Assembly (NCBI RefSeq): GCF_006345805.1
Contig: NC_043011.1
Span: forward strand, 41,800,464 to 41,864,463
Direction of reading: 5' to 3'
Source of the DNA: Octopus sinensis
Lineage: Eukaryota
Length of the DNA stretch: 64,000 nucleotides
The position numbers and the translations under genes were made by a program. This document shows positions 12,478-23,385 of this stretch, in pieces. Positions within the stretch are counted from its first letter, which is position 1. Every line of letters starts with the position of its first letter. The notes under the pieces are model-generated. The model was not told where the DNA came from and did not search any database. It saw only the letters and a list, made by a program, of their open reading frames with translations.

Positions 12478-12910
12478 TCACCCTGCGGGATGAAAAACAA
12501 AACCCATCAAAGGGCGGAGGAACTCTTGAGAGTCAACGGCCATCCAATAAATGTCTTAAAGCTGTATCATGCGCGGGGACATAGAAATAATCGGATTGAA
12601 TACCCGATCGCGCAGTTAAACCATTGGGAGTGAAGGACTCCTAGCCTTTGTCAGGGCATCCTTCTAGGAGAAGGCAACTCAGGTAACTGGGATAACTCCG
12701 ACATAAAACCTGCGGCTCAGTGGTTACCGATAATGTTGACATGTTCTTCTTTTCGGATTATGGCTGCTGTTGCTTAGTGAGTGGGATTGACTCAGTGCAC
12801 AGCCTTTCCTCACTTTAAACAATATCTTCTTGCACAGGCATTGCACAATAACAACATTGATTAAGCTTCGTGCAATGGCCATACTTGATAACGAGGGGGT
12901 AGCCACCATA
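12478..12910 (+). mobile_element. Internally deleted RTE-type non-LTR element
   Basis: 3' end TTAAGCTTCGTGCAATGGCCATAC..GATAA.GAGGGGG is shared with the zinc-finger-ending fragment at 50176-50436. The 5' part has an RTE-like GGAGAAGGCAACTC block (recalled). Confidence 0.6.
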
Positions 12911-12924
12911 TATATAATGTGAAG

Positions 12925-13240
12925 GTACATGGCTCAGTGGTTAGAGTGTCAGGCTCACAATCATGAGGTTGTGAGTTTGATTCCTGGACTGGGCTATGTG
13001 TTGTGTTCTTGAGCAAGACACTTTATTTCACATTGCTCCAGTTCACTCAGCTGTAGAAATGAGTTGCAACATCACTGGTGCCAAGCTGTATCAGCCTTTG
13101 CCTTGGATAACATCAGTGGCACGGTGAAGGGAGCCTGGCATACATGGATCACTGCAGGTCTTCCACAAACACGCTTGCCCAGACTTGTGCCTCTGAGATC
13201 TTTCCAGGTGCAATCCCATGGTCATTCGTGACCAAAAGGT
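12925..13240 (+). mobile_element. SINE family E (tRNA-like head TGGCTCAGTGG..GAGTTTGATTCC)
   Basis: A and B boxes; related copies at 27246 (+), 35125 (-) and 56485 (-). Confidence 0.8.
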
Positions 13241-13430
13241 GTCTTCATCCTGGTTGGCATTAGGAAGGACATCCAGCTGTAGAAACACTGCCAGATTGGA
13301 CTGGAGCCTGGTGCAGCCTCCTGGCTTCCCAAACCCCCAGTCAAACCGTACAAACCATGCTAGCATGAAAAACAGACGTTAAATGATGATGATGTTGATG
13401 ATAATGATGATATATGCTTGTGTGTATGTA

Positions 13431-15080
13431 TTGGGTCATCCCATAAATTATGCAGTTTTTTTATACTTCATTTATTTTTTTAAATTAAGATAAACAAAAT
13501 TCTTTTTTAATCTAAAATATACTCTCCTTCATTTTCTACAAGGCTCTTCTATCTCTCTGGAAGACTTGCAATGCCCCTCTTCCAAAATTCACTTGTCCGT
13601 AATGAAAAATATTCCTCCAGTACTGTTCTGACTTTGTCTACAGAATTCATTTTTCTTCCATCCAAATGATTTTCAAGACTGCGGAATAAATGATAATTAG
13701 ATGGGGCAATGCAAAGCAAATATGGTGAGTGGGGCATCGTTTCCCATTGAAACTGCTCCAGCTTTTAGAATGTCATTCTCGCTGATGATAATAATAATAA
13801 TAATAATAATAATTGTGTACAGTGCTCAGGTGCACTACAACTCATCTAAAGTATATATATAATCAGGTGTAGTTTCGACGGATTTCGGGAAGCATGAGGG
13901 CCTTAAAGGATGCAGTGTCATGGCAGTCAACAACTGATGCAGGCAGTTTATTCCACGCTTCAGCAACCCTGAGCGTGAAAAAATGTTTCCGAAAGTCATG
14001 GGAGCTGTGCTGTTTTCTGACTTTGTAGGCATGTCCACGTGTGTTAGACACATGGAGATCAAAAAGGTGTTCAGTGTTGTTGTTGGTGAGGTGGTTGATA
14101 ACCTTGTGGGTGTTTACCAAGTCCGTCGCCAGACGCCGGAGCTTCAGTGAATCCATGCCCAGGGAAACAAGGCGCTCAGAATATGGTAGGTGTCTGATGG
14201 AGGGTATGCGTTTGGTTGCACGTCTCTGGACAGATTCCAGGAGGTCAATGTTCTGAGCAAGATAGGGATTCCAAACTGATGATGCGAATTCCAAGTGTGG
14301 TCGTACCATAGCTGTATACAGTTTTAAATAGATGGCTGGAGAGCGGCTAACAAAAGTCTTGCTGAGTGATGCCAAGACACCCTCGGCCTTCTTGACAATT
14401 TTAGAGATATGCTTTGTCCAACGCAAATCACTGCTGACAGTGATGCCTAGGTCACGCTCGCAAGAGGATTTCTTGATATCAGTGTTGTGGAGGGAGTATG
14501 TGGACGCAGGGTTTTTTCTCCCAAAATGCATGGTGGAAGAACACCTTTCGTTTCGAAACCAAAGATGGTCATTTTTCTTCTAGCACTGACTTGAATGGCT
14601 GGTTGAATGACCAAATCCAAGCTTCTCTGCTAGTTCTTCAACAGTTATGATGTGATTTTGTTCCACAAGGATTTGCAGGATGTCTTCATCAAGCTCTACA
14701 GATCTTCTAGGATGAGGCTTGTCTTCTAGACTATAATTTCCGGCTCAGAATTTCTGGAACCACTGTTGACACTGGCTTACACTTATTGTCCAGTCCCTTA
14801 TATACTGCATTAATATTCCTTGCACCCTCCATTGCATTGTTGCATTTATTGAACTCATAAAGCAAAATATGCCGAATATGCTCCTTTGTCACTTCTATTA
14901 TAGCTTTCAAAAAATAACTGTTAAAATTGAACTACACTCTTCAAAACTTGCACTAAGAATAAGGGTAAGGTAAAATTACTACCTGCTTTTATAGCAAGTT
15001 GATGCATGCAGTTTATCCCATCCCACTCCAACTTTTAGTTCCTGCAATTGAAAAACTGCATTATTTATGGGATGACCCAA
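13431..15080 (-). mobile_element. Defective mariner element with internal deletion, interrupted by a CR1
   Basis: TA|TTGGGTCATCCCATAAAT(T/A)ATGCAGTTTTT 30-bp TIRs|TA. Transposase remnants: N-terminal HIRHILLYEFNK..LEDKPH..ELAEKLG, and C-terminal PHSPY..IAPSNYHLFRSL..RGIASLPER. Confidence 0.93.
13786..14531 (-). mobile_element. CR1-type LINE family 2, 5'-truncated, (ATT)n tail, intact 222-aa ORF2 end
   Basis: ORF 13863-14531 with RDLGI, YTAMVRPHLEF, VQRRATK and AWNKLP motifs. Confidence 0.96.
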
Positions 15081-15221
15081 TATAAATGTATGTATGTGTA
15101 TATAGATAGAGAGACAGATAAATAAATATAATTTGGGATTCTGGTGTTTGAATCTCTTCCATTTGAATGAAACTTATTTTCTTTTCTTTTTTTTTTTGTC
15201 TTTCATTCTTTCTCTCTTCAG

Positions 15222-15659
15222 GGAATTGTACAAGATCTGCTTAAACGGAAAGAAGAAGTGAAAGGAATGTGTGAGAAACGTCTTGGAAGCCTGCAGAAGG
15301 TAACTAGCAATCCGATGAATCCTGCCCAATCCACCCAACCAAAGATGGTGAAGCGTTCTGTTTCTGCAGGAAATCCTGTTCGGGGTGGCGCTAAATCCTC
15401 CGGGTCATCTCGTCAACTTCCGAATACTTCTGCTAATGTCAAAGTGCAACCACCGCCTTCATCATCATCATCTTCTGCTTCTTCTTCTTATTCTTCTTAT
15501 TCTTCTCGTTCTTCTTCTTCTACTCTTGGCTCAGTCTGTGTAGCGAGCTTGTCTCGTGACGAATACCGTTGCTCTGCCGGACAAGTGGAACGGGCAACAG
15601 CAAAGAGTGCTCGAACACCAGCTTCTTCTTCTTCTTCAAGACTAGAGATGTCAGTCAGG
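15222..15659 (+). CDS. MCF2L: DBS/MCF2L-like exon E, end of spectrin region plus Ser-rich linker; 3' end uncertain (15299 or 15659)
   Basis: Long polypyrimidine tract + cag|. Encodes GIVQDLLKRKEEVKGMCEKRLGSLQKVTSNPMNPAQSTQP... Candidate phase-0 donors AAG|gtaact (15300) and AGG|gtagga (15660). Frame stays open to TAG at 15687-15689. Confidence 0.75.
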
Positions 15660-16479
15660 GTAGGAACTATGATTCCATTGTGGAGATAGCTTTCTGTTGC
15701 TGTTGTCACTCCTCCTTTTCACTTTTCTTATCGGCTAAACCTCAGCTTTGTTCTTGTTCACCATCGTTGTTGTAGTTGTTGTACCATCATATAAAAATTC
15801 CTCTTCCTCCTCCTCCTCCTTGTCGTCCTCTTCGTCATCATTGTTTTTTTTTTTTTTTTGTTTTTTTTTGTCCTTTCACATAACCACAACCTGGCTTAAC
15901 TCTCCAGCTTCTGTCGTTCTCAATTTACATTCAATATTTATAAAAACCTAACATTCTGCCATTCTTCATGTTCTCCTCGTTGCAAATTCCATTGTAATAC
16001 GAAGCTTTCTGTTTTTCACGTCACATATTTTCGCCACTCACACTTTTGGCTAAACCTTAAGCTTTTTTGATCCTTGTCGTCATCATTGTCATTTTCATCG
16101 TCATTTGCATTGTCATTTAAGCTTTCCTCCCCCTCTTCCTCATTTTCCTTTCATTTAACTGTGGCCCAGCCTATCTTGAGCTTCAGTCATTCTCCTGTCA
16201 CACTCATTTATAAACTAACATTCTGCTGTCCTTCACATTATCTTTGTTGCACATTGATGGTGGGGGAGTGAGGGAGGTATTGAAAGGGGGCAAGTCTGCA
16301 GGTGAGGAATATATATGTGTTTTTCTTCCTCACTTTCTTCCATTATCATCTGGGCATATTTATCCTTCCCTCCCCTAGTCTTCCATATCAGGTGCAACTC
16401 ACCTGAGACAAATCACCTGAGAAAAATCTTCTGAGCTCCTAATTCAATGCCTTAGGATGTTCTGCTTCATTGTTTTGAT

Positions 16480-16792
16480 GTTCAAATTCTGTCAGGTTTG
16501 GCTTTATCTGCCATCCTTCCTGGGTCAATGAAATAAATACCAGTTAAATATTGTGGGATTGATTTTATCGACTCTTACCTTCTCCCTCCAAGTGTCACCC
16601 TTTGTATTTATCTGTCTTGGCAGAACTATCAGAGCATCAGAGAAATGCCTGGTCGTATTACATGTGGATCTTTATGTTAAGAGTTTAAATCCTTTTGGGG
16701 TTGATAAAATAAAGTCCCAGCTAAGCACCGAGATCAATGGTATGGAGTAATCCCATCCCACCAAAATTGATGGCTTGTGCCAAAACTTTGAA

Positions 16793-16826
<34 letters not shown>

Positions 16827-17757
16827 GGTGATGGACTGGTGGAACTGTTAACACACTGGACATAAGCTTAGCAGTATTTTGTCCATTTATTTTTATGTTT
16901 GTTGCTCAAATTTTGTCTTTCATCCTTTTGGCGGGGGTCAATGAAATAACTTCCAGTCAAGTACTAGGGTCAATATAGTTGCATTCCCCGTGCTTTTGAA
17001 AACTGCTAGCCCTCTGCCAAAATTGGGAACTGTTATTAATATTAAAATTGTTAGCATGTGAGACATAATCCTTTTTGGGTGGATAAAATAAGCACCAGTC
17101 AAGCACTGGATTGATGTAATTGTCTCTGCCCACAAAATTCCAGGCCTTGCGCCTAGTAGAAAGAATTATTTATTATTATTATTATTATTAGGCAGTGAGC
17201 TGGCAGAATCGTTAACACATTGGGCGAAATGCTTAGCAGTATTTCGTCTGTTGCTACATTCTGAGTTCAAATTCCACTGAGGTTGACTTTACCTTTCATC
17301 CTTTCGGGCGTCAATAAATTAAGTACCAGTGAAACCCTGGGGTCGATGTAGTTGACTATCTCCTTCCCCAAATTTCAGGTCTTGTGCCTTTAATAGAAAG
17401 GATTATTATTATCATTATTATCATCATCATCATCATCATCGTTTAACGTCCGCTTTCCATGCTAGCATGGGTTGGACGGTTCAACTGGGGTCTGGCAAGC
17501 CCGAAGGCTACACCAGGCCAGTCAGATCTGGCAGTGTTTCTACAGCTGGATGCCCTTCCTAACGCCAACCACTCCGAGAGTGTAGTGGGTGATTTTATGT
17601 GCCACCGACACAGGTGCCAGACGAGGCTGGCAGACGGCCACGCTCGGATGGTGTTTTTTATGTGCCACCGACACAGGTGCCAGACGAGGCTGGCAGACGG
17701 CCACGCTCGAATGGTGTTTTTTATGTGCCACCAACACAGGTGCCAGACGAGGCTGGC

Positions 17758-17792
<35 letters not shown>

Positions 17793-18290
17793 CATCATCA
17801 TCAAGGCAGCAAGCTGGCAGAGTTGTTAGCACACTGGATAAAGTGCTTAGCAGTATTTCGCCTTTTGCTACGTTCTGGGACCATTAACAACCAGACTTTG
17901 CCTTTCATCCTTTTGGGGTCAATAAAATAAGTACCAGTTGAACACTGGGGTCAGCGTAATCGACTCGTGCCCACCTCCACCAAGCTGCCCTTGTACCAAA
18001 AATTATCATTATTATTATTATTATTATTATTATCATCATCATCATTATTAAGGCAGCAAGCTAGCTGAGTCATTAGCATGCTTGGCAAAATGCTGCTTAG
18101 CATTTTGTCCATCTTTATGTTCTGAGTTCAAATTCCGTAGAGGTTGACTTTACCTTTCATCATTTCGGGGTTGATCAGTTAAGTACCAGTCGAGTTTTGA
18201 GTTTGATGTAATCACCTAGTCCCCCCCCTACAAAATTTCAGGACTTGTGCCTATAACAGAAAAGATTATTATTATTATTATTATTTAAAA
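16480..18290 (+). repeat. Chain of SINE family B copies separated by (ATT)n, with one family C copy (17420-17759, -) inside
   Basis: Recurrent GAGCTGGCAGA..TTCTGAGTTCAAATTCC..CCTTTCATCCTTT.GGGGT.GATAAA units, each ending in (TTA)n. Confidence 0.85.
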
Positions 18291-18837
18291 AGCCTTTGGT
18301 AATGGATGATATTTAAGAACAACTGAGAATAGAATACTTTGCTTTATTATTCACTTTTATTGTTTAGGTTCTGAGTTCAAATCGCATTGCCTTCCAGTCT
18401 TGGCCCGTATATGTTAAGAAACAAATGACTCAACATCACAATGTTCCAGAATTACCGTTTTGCTGAGGTTTTGTTTTGTTGTTGTTATTCAATATAAAGT
18501 TGTTGTTGTTTTGGTTTTGCATCTGATTCAAGAGAGCCATAGTCACTCATGTTCCTGTCATGGCCATCCTGTCTTTTAGTGAAAATACAGCAATCCTTGT
18601 TTTGTTTGTATGTTCCTACTCTTCTTAAGACTCACAGTCTACATCTTCAGACATCTTTCCCTTCCCTGTAAAACGTGTGTGTGTGTGTGACTGTTGAATG
18701 TGGAGTGGGGTTTAAGTTTGTCTAGGTTGTATATTTGTAGTATATAATGATAATAATAATAATAATAATAATAAAATGAAGGAAACTAAGATCAGAGATA
18801 TTGCCATACTTGGGGATGTACAAGTGCATGAGAAATA

Positions 18838-19575
18838 TAGTAATCCCTCGACTATCGCAGGTGTTACATCCCCCCCCCCATGATAGGTGAAAATCCATGA
18901 AGTAGAAACAGTACTGTGCTGTATATTTTTTTTATTATTTTTATGATTTGTATATCATCATCATCGTTTAGCGTCCACTTTCCATGCTAGCATGGGTTGG
19001 ATGGTTCAACTGGGGTCTGGGAAGCCAGAAGGCTGCACCAGACCCAGTCTGATCTGGCAATGTTTCTACTGCTGGATGCCCTTCCTAACGCCAACCACTC
19101 CGTGAGTGTAGTGGGTGCTTTTTACATGCCACCGGCACAGGTGCCAGACAAGGCTGGCAAACTGCCACGATCGGATGGTGCTTTTTACGTGCCACCGGCA
19201 TGGGGGCCAGGCGAGGCTGGCAACGGCCACGATCGGATGGTGCTTTTTACGTGCCACCGGCACAAGGCCAGTCGGGGTGGCGCTGGCAATGGCCACATTT
19301 GGATGGCTCTCTTACGTACCACCGGCACTGGTATCACAGCTGCAATTTCCATTGATGTTGATCGATTTCGATTTTCACTTGCCTCAACAGGTCTTCACAA
19401 GTAGAGTTTTGTGTCCCAAGAAGGAAAGGTATGCATAAAAGGAAAGGTATATTTTATTATAAATGTGAAACCACACCACTGAGGAATCAACATACGCTTA
19501 AATAATAAACTCTGATAGGTGAACCACAATAGGTGTACTGTAATAGGTGTACCATAACATGGCAGGGAATTACTA
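18838..19575. mobile_element. Tigger/pogo-like MITE containing a family C SINE
   Basis: TA|TAGTAATCCCTCG ... CAGGGAATTACTA|TG termini; second copy at 38963-39167. Confidence 0.7.
18953..19440 (-). mobile_element. SINE family C, longest copy, about 3 internal 62-65 bp repeats
   Basis: (GAT)n tail at 18953; internal GTGCCACCGG..GGATGGTGCTTTTTAC units. Confidence 0.88.
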
Positions 19576-19885
19576 TGCAAGCCACTAAAAGATGAAATTG
19601 CAAGACTGTAGGCAATGAAGAGAGTAATTGTCATCTCAGTAATTGCAGGGGCAATGGGACCATTAACAACCAGGTTTGAGAAATTTGTTGGAGAAATTGG
19701 AATTGACATGAGGGTAGATGATCAGAAAACTGCTTTATTGGGGGACAGCAAGGATTTGGGGACTGGTACTTGGTTGTTAAATATAGTGAAGCGAGACCCT
19801 GTGAGATCTTTGACAACAGGTTGTTGTCTGCTCTTACAGAATTGTCCGGAGCAAGTGAAATCAAGAGTTGTGAGAAGTGAAATGG

Positions 19886-20150
19886 AAATAATAATAATAA
19901 TCTCATTGCATATGGTGCTCAGGTGCATTATCAGTCACGTGAAAAGGGTAGAAGAATGGACATAAAGCAGACATATCAGTCAAGTAAGGAAGGACAACAA
20001 TGAAAGCCAGAATAAAAGACAGAAAAGTGAACTATAAAAAAGCTATAAAGAGGTACATTAGGGGTAGCGGTGGTGAATTTTGGGAAGGTTTTTGAAGGGT
20101 GCAGTGTCTTGATAATCAACAGCCGACATAGGTAAGCCCTACTGTCTAAC
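19886..20150 (-). mobile_element. Old CR1 family 2-related 3' end
   Basis: GTGCTCAGGTGC motif next to (TAA)n; degraded match to 58150-58240. Confidence 0.6.
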
Positions 20151-20231
20151 ATATATATGGATGAGCCAATGAGGGAGACCTTTTTGTGGTAGTTTGTTTG
20201 ACCTATTAGAAACATCAGCCAAGTCCCCCTC

Positions 20232-20263
<32 letters not shown>

Positions 20264-20749
20264 CAACACCAATGTCCTCTCAACGATTAGCTGGAGATGA
20301 TTTTTAAAATGAGAGAATATCTGAAATAGACTCAACTGTTCTCACAAATGAGAACACTAAAAATGAACCTGACTGATCTCAAAAATAATCCAGAATCCTT
20401 GTCTGGTACCGGATCAATCCCAAGATCTAATCAGTTCGTGCCAGTCACGAGGCCAAACATCTCTGAAAGTTTCATCCGAATCCATCCAGTGGTTCTTGAG
20501 ATATCTTGTCCATGGACAAATACAACTGAAAACAATACCTCTGCCTTCGCTAAAACGGAAGTAATACTAATAATGACAATACTAGTAGAAGTGATAGTAA
20601 TGAGCTTATTGTGCACCTCAAGTCATTGGAAATGGGTAAAAGAGGTAAGCAAACATGTAAGTCAAGTATTGAAAGACAGCAGTGAAAGTGAAAAGTACAT
20701 AACTAAAGTACAGAGAATAAAACCTAAAGAGATAGGAAAGTAAAGATTA

Positions 20750-21160
20750 GGTGCAGGAGTGGCTGTGTGGTAAGTAGCTTGCTTACCAACCACATAGTTC
20801 CGGGTTCAGTCCCACTGCGTGGCAACTTGGGCAAATGTCTTCTACTATAGTCTCGGGCCGACCAAAGCCTTGTGAGTGGATTTGGTAGATGGAAAACTGA
20901 AAGAAGCCCGTCGTATATATGTTTATATATATATATATGCGTGTGTATGTTTGTGTATCTGTGTTTGTCCCCCTAGCATTGCTTGACAACCGATGCTGGT
21001 GTGTTGACGTCGCCGTCACTTAGCGGTTTGGCAAAAGAGACCGATAGAATAAGTACTGGGCTTACAAAGAATAAAAGTCCTGGGGTCGATTTGCTCGACT
21101 AAAGGCGATGCACCAGCATGGCCGCAGTCAAAATGACTGAAGCAAGTAAAAGAGTATTAA
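20750..21160 (+). mobile_element. SINE family A, full length
   Basis: GGTGCAGGAGTGGCTGTGTGG head, B-box-like GGGTTCAGTCCC, tail CAAGTAAAAGAG. Confidence 0.92.
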
Positions 21161-21810
21161 AAGAGTACATGCTATGTCAGGAATAGTACTGGTGAATTTT
21201 TTGAAGGATGCAATGCCCTAACCAGCTGTCAACTAATATTTGTAGGCCCTACTGTCTTATTTATGTGGCCCTGTACCAAAGTTAGAAACCATATTTATAA
21301 AATATAGAGAATCCCTTGTCTTTCTTTCTGTCTTTTTTTTTTCTTTTCTGTTTAACAATCCTAAATTCTAGTAAATTAAGGTTGGCAAATCTAATCTGTT
21401 TCTCAGTTTAACATCACTACATGGTCCTGGGGTACCTTTAATGGACTCCATTCTAGAAAGATTTGGTCTGGTCTGAAGATGATGCTTTATCTTGATCTAT
21501 TAATTCTGGCTGAAAAATGAGGCTGTGGTGATCTTCATCCCTTTCCACTTGTCTCATACATCATGCAGAATTGTCATAGGTGTGTCTGCTTCTTTTTTGC
21601 TTCATGAAATCATTTAAAAATAAATTAGTGAAAACAATAGCAGATGTCAATTAATACAGTTAACTTAAATCAGAGCAAGATATATCCAACTCTTTTTGAG
21701 GGTCATTATGCCAATAATAGTCACATGCACTGGTTCTGTTTCACTTCTTTTATTATCATTAGTCAATTGGTTAACTATTTAACCAGTTAGCCAATCTATT
21801 GTTTGATTAA

Positions 21811-22431
21811 CCTTTTAGCATTCACGTTTCTTTGTCAAATTTAATGCTTATTTATTCACTTTATTTTTAATTAATCAAGTATTATCTTGTAGCTTTGAGA
21901 TTTTGATGATGTGGCTGTTTATTTTTAGAATGATATTGTTGGATAGGTATGAGAAGCTGGATCTGGTCCATTTGAGTTTAAAACACATAGAATATTTTGG
22001 CCAAATCTTCTTTAGCACTCCGTCGGTTACGACGACGAGGGTTCCGGTTGATCCGAATCAACGGAACAGCCTGCTCGTGAAATTAACGTGTAAGTGACTG
22101 AGCACTCCACACACACGTGTACCCTTAACGTAGTTCTCGGGGATATTCAGCGTGACACAGAGAGGGACAAGGCCGGCCCTTTGAAATACAGGTACAACAG
22201 AAACAGGAAGTAAGAGTGAGAGAAAGTTGTGGTGAAAGAGTACAGCAGGGATCACCACTATCCCCTGCCGGAGCCTCGTGGAGCTTTAGGTGTTTTTGCT
22301 CAATAAACACTCACAACGCCCGGTCTGGGAATCGAAACCGCGATCCTATGACAGCGAGTCCGCTGCCCTAACCACTGGGCCATTGCGCCTCCTCATTTTG
22401 GCCAAATATGGGCAGTTTAAATGTTAAAGGG
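21811..22431 (-). mobile_element. piggyBac-like MITE F1 interrupted by a family D SINE
   Basis: TTAA at 21807-21810 and 22432-22435; reverse-complement match to 8808-9028. Confidence 0.78.
22007..22394 (-). mobile_element. SINE family D, full length, 13-bp TSD
   Basis: Head GGAGGCGCAATGGCCCAGTGG..GGTTTCGATTCC. ATTTTGGCCAAAT occurs at 21994-22006 and 22395-22407. Confidence 0.92.
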
Positions 22432-22844
22432 TTAATTGTTCAGTAACTCATTCAGTCAGCGAAGTTTGTCAAAGTCCTTTTGTTAACCTGAAGCTGACCT
22501 GGAGTTAAAAGAAGATATGTCATTGATGAGTTTGTGAATGGCAGTAAATAGACTTTTGCAAACCCAGCCGATTGACTAAACAGTTAGTCAAATAGTTGAT
22601 AAGTTAATTATTTAAATAATTAGTCAACTGACAAATACATAATAAAGAAGTGAAATATAACCAGTGTGCGTGTATATTATTGGCATTATGACCCTCCCAA
22701 AATGCAATAAAATATGTTTCAACACCCGAGTTCACATCAAGAATCTTTCAAACTAAATACAGAAACAAAATAGTTCTTCAGTTTCAACAATTGCAACATT
22801 GTCCATTGTGTCCTCCTCCTATCTAACTCAAAACCATAAGCACA

Positions 22845-23108
22845 GACATGGCTCTGTGTGTGTGGTAAGAAGCTTGCTTCCCAACCACACGGTTCCAGGT
22901 TCAATCCCACTGCATGGCACCTTGGGCAAGTATCTTCTACTATAACCTCAGGCTGACCAAAGCCTTGTGAGTGGATTTGGTAGATGGAAACTGAAAGAAG
23001 CCCATCATATATATATATATACACATGTGTGTGTGTATATATGTACACACATATATAGTTATATATACATGCATATATATATATATATTATATATATACA
23101 TGTATATA

Positions 23109-23171
<63 letters not shown>

Positions 23172-23385
23172 GTGTGTGATGTCTTTGTCCTCCACCTCAA
23201 CTTCATAACCTGTGTTGGTGTGTTTACATCCCCATAACTTAGCGTTTCAGCAAGAGAGACCAATAAAATAAATATTAAGCTTAAAAACAAAAAAAAAAAC
23301 AAAGTACTGAGGTTGATTTATTCGACTGAGATTCTCCAAAGCGCTGCCCCAGCATGGCCACAGTCTAAATGACTGAAGCAAGCAG
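22845..23385 (+). mobile_element. SINE family A with expanded internal (TA)n
   Basis: Family match on both sides of a roughly 170-bp microsatellite. Confidence 0.85.

Larger units (their letters stand above)
18775..19890 (+). mobile_element. R4/Dong-like (RLE endonuclease) LINE 3' fragment, split by a MITE
   Basis: 18775-18837 gives KETKIRDIAILGDVQVHEK. 19578 onward gives YKPLKDEIARL*AMKRVIVISVIAGAMG..QKTALLG(TARI). Bounded by (TAA)n on both sides. Confidence 0.75.

Noticed and set aside
17443-17930. Overlapping ORFs with 21-aa repeats; possible CRISPR-like array
   Set aside because: 63-bp tandem units inside a SINE with no unique spacers; eukaryotic context.
22320-22394. SINE heads as functional tRNA genes (also 12925, 27246, 29214)
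   Set aside because: A and B boxes are present but there is no complete cloverleaf, and they continue into repeat bodies.
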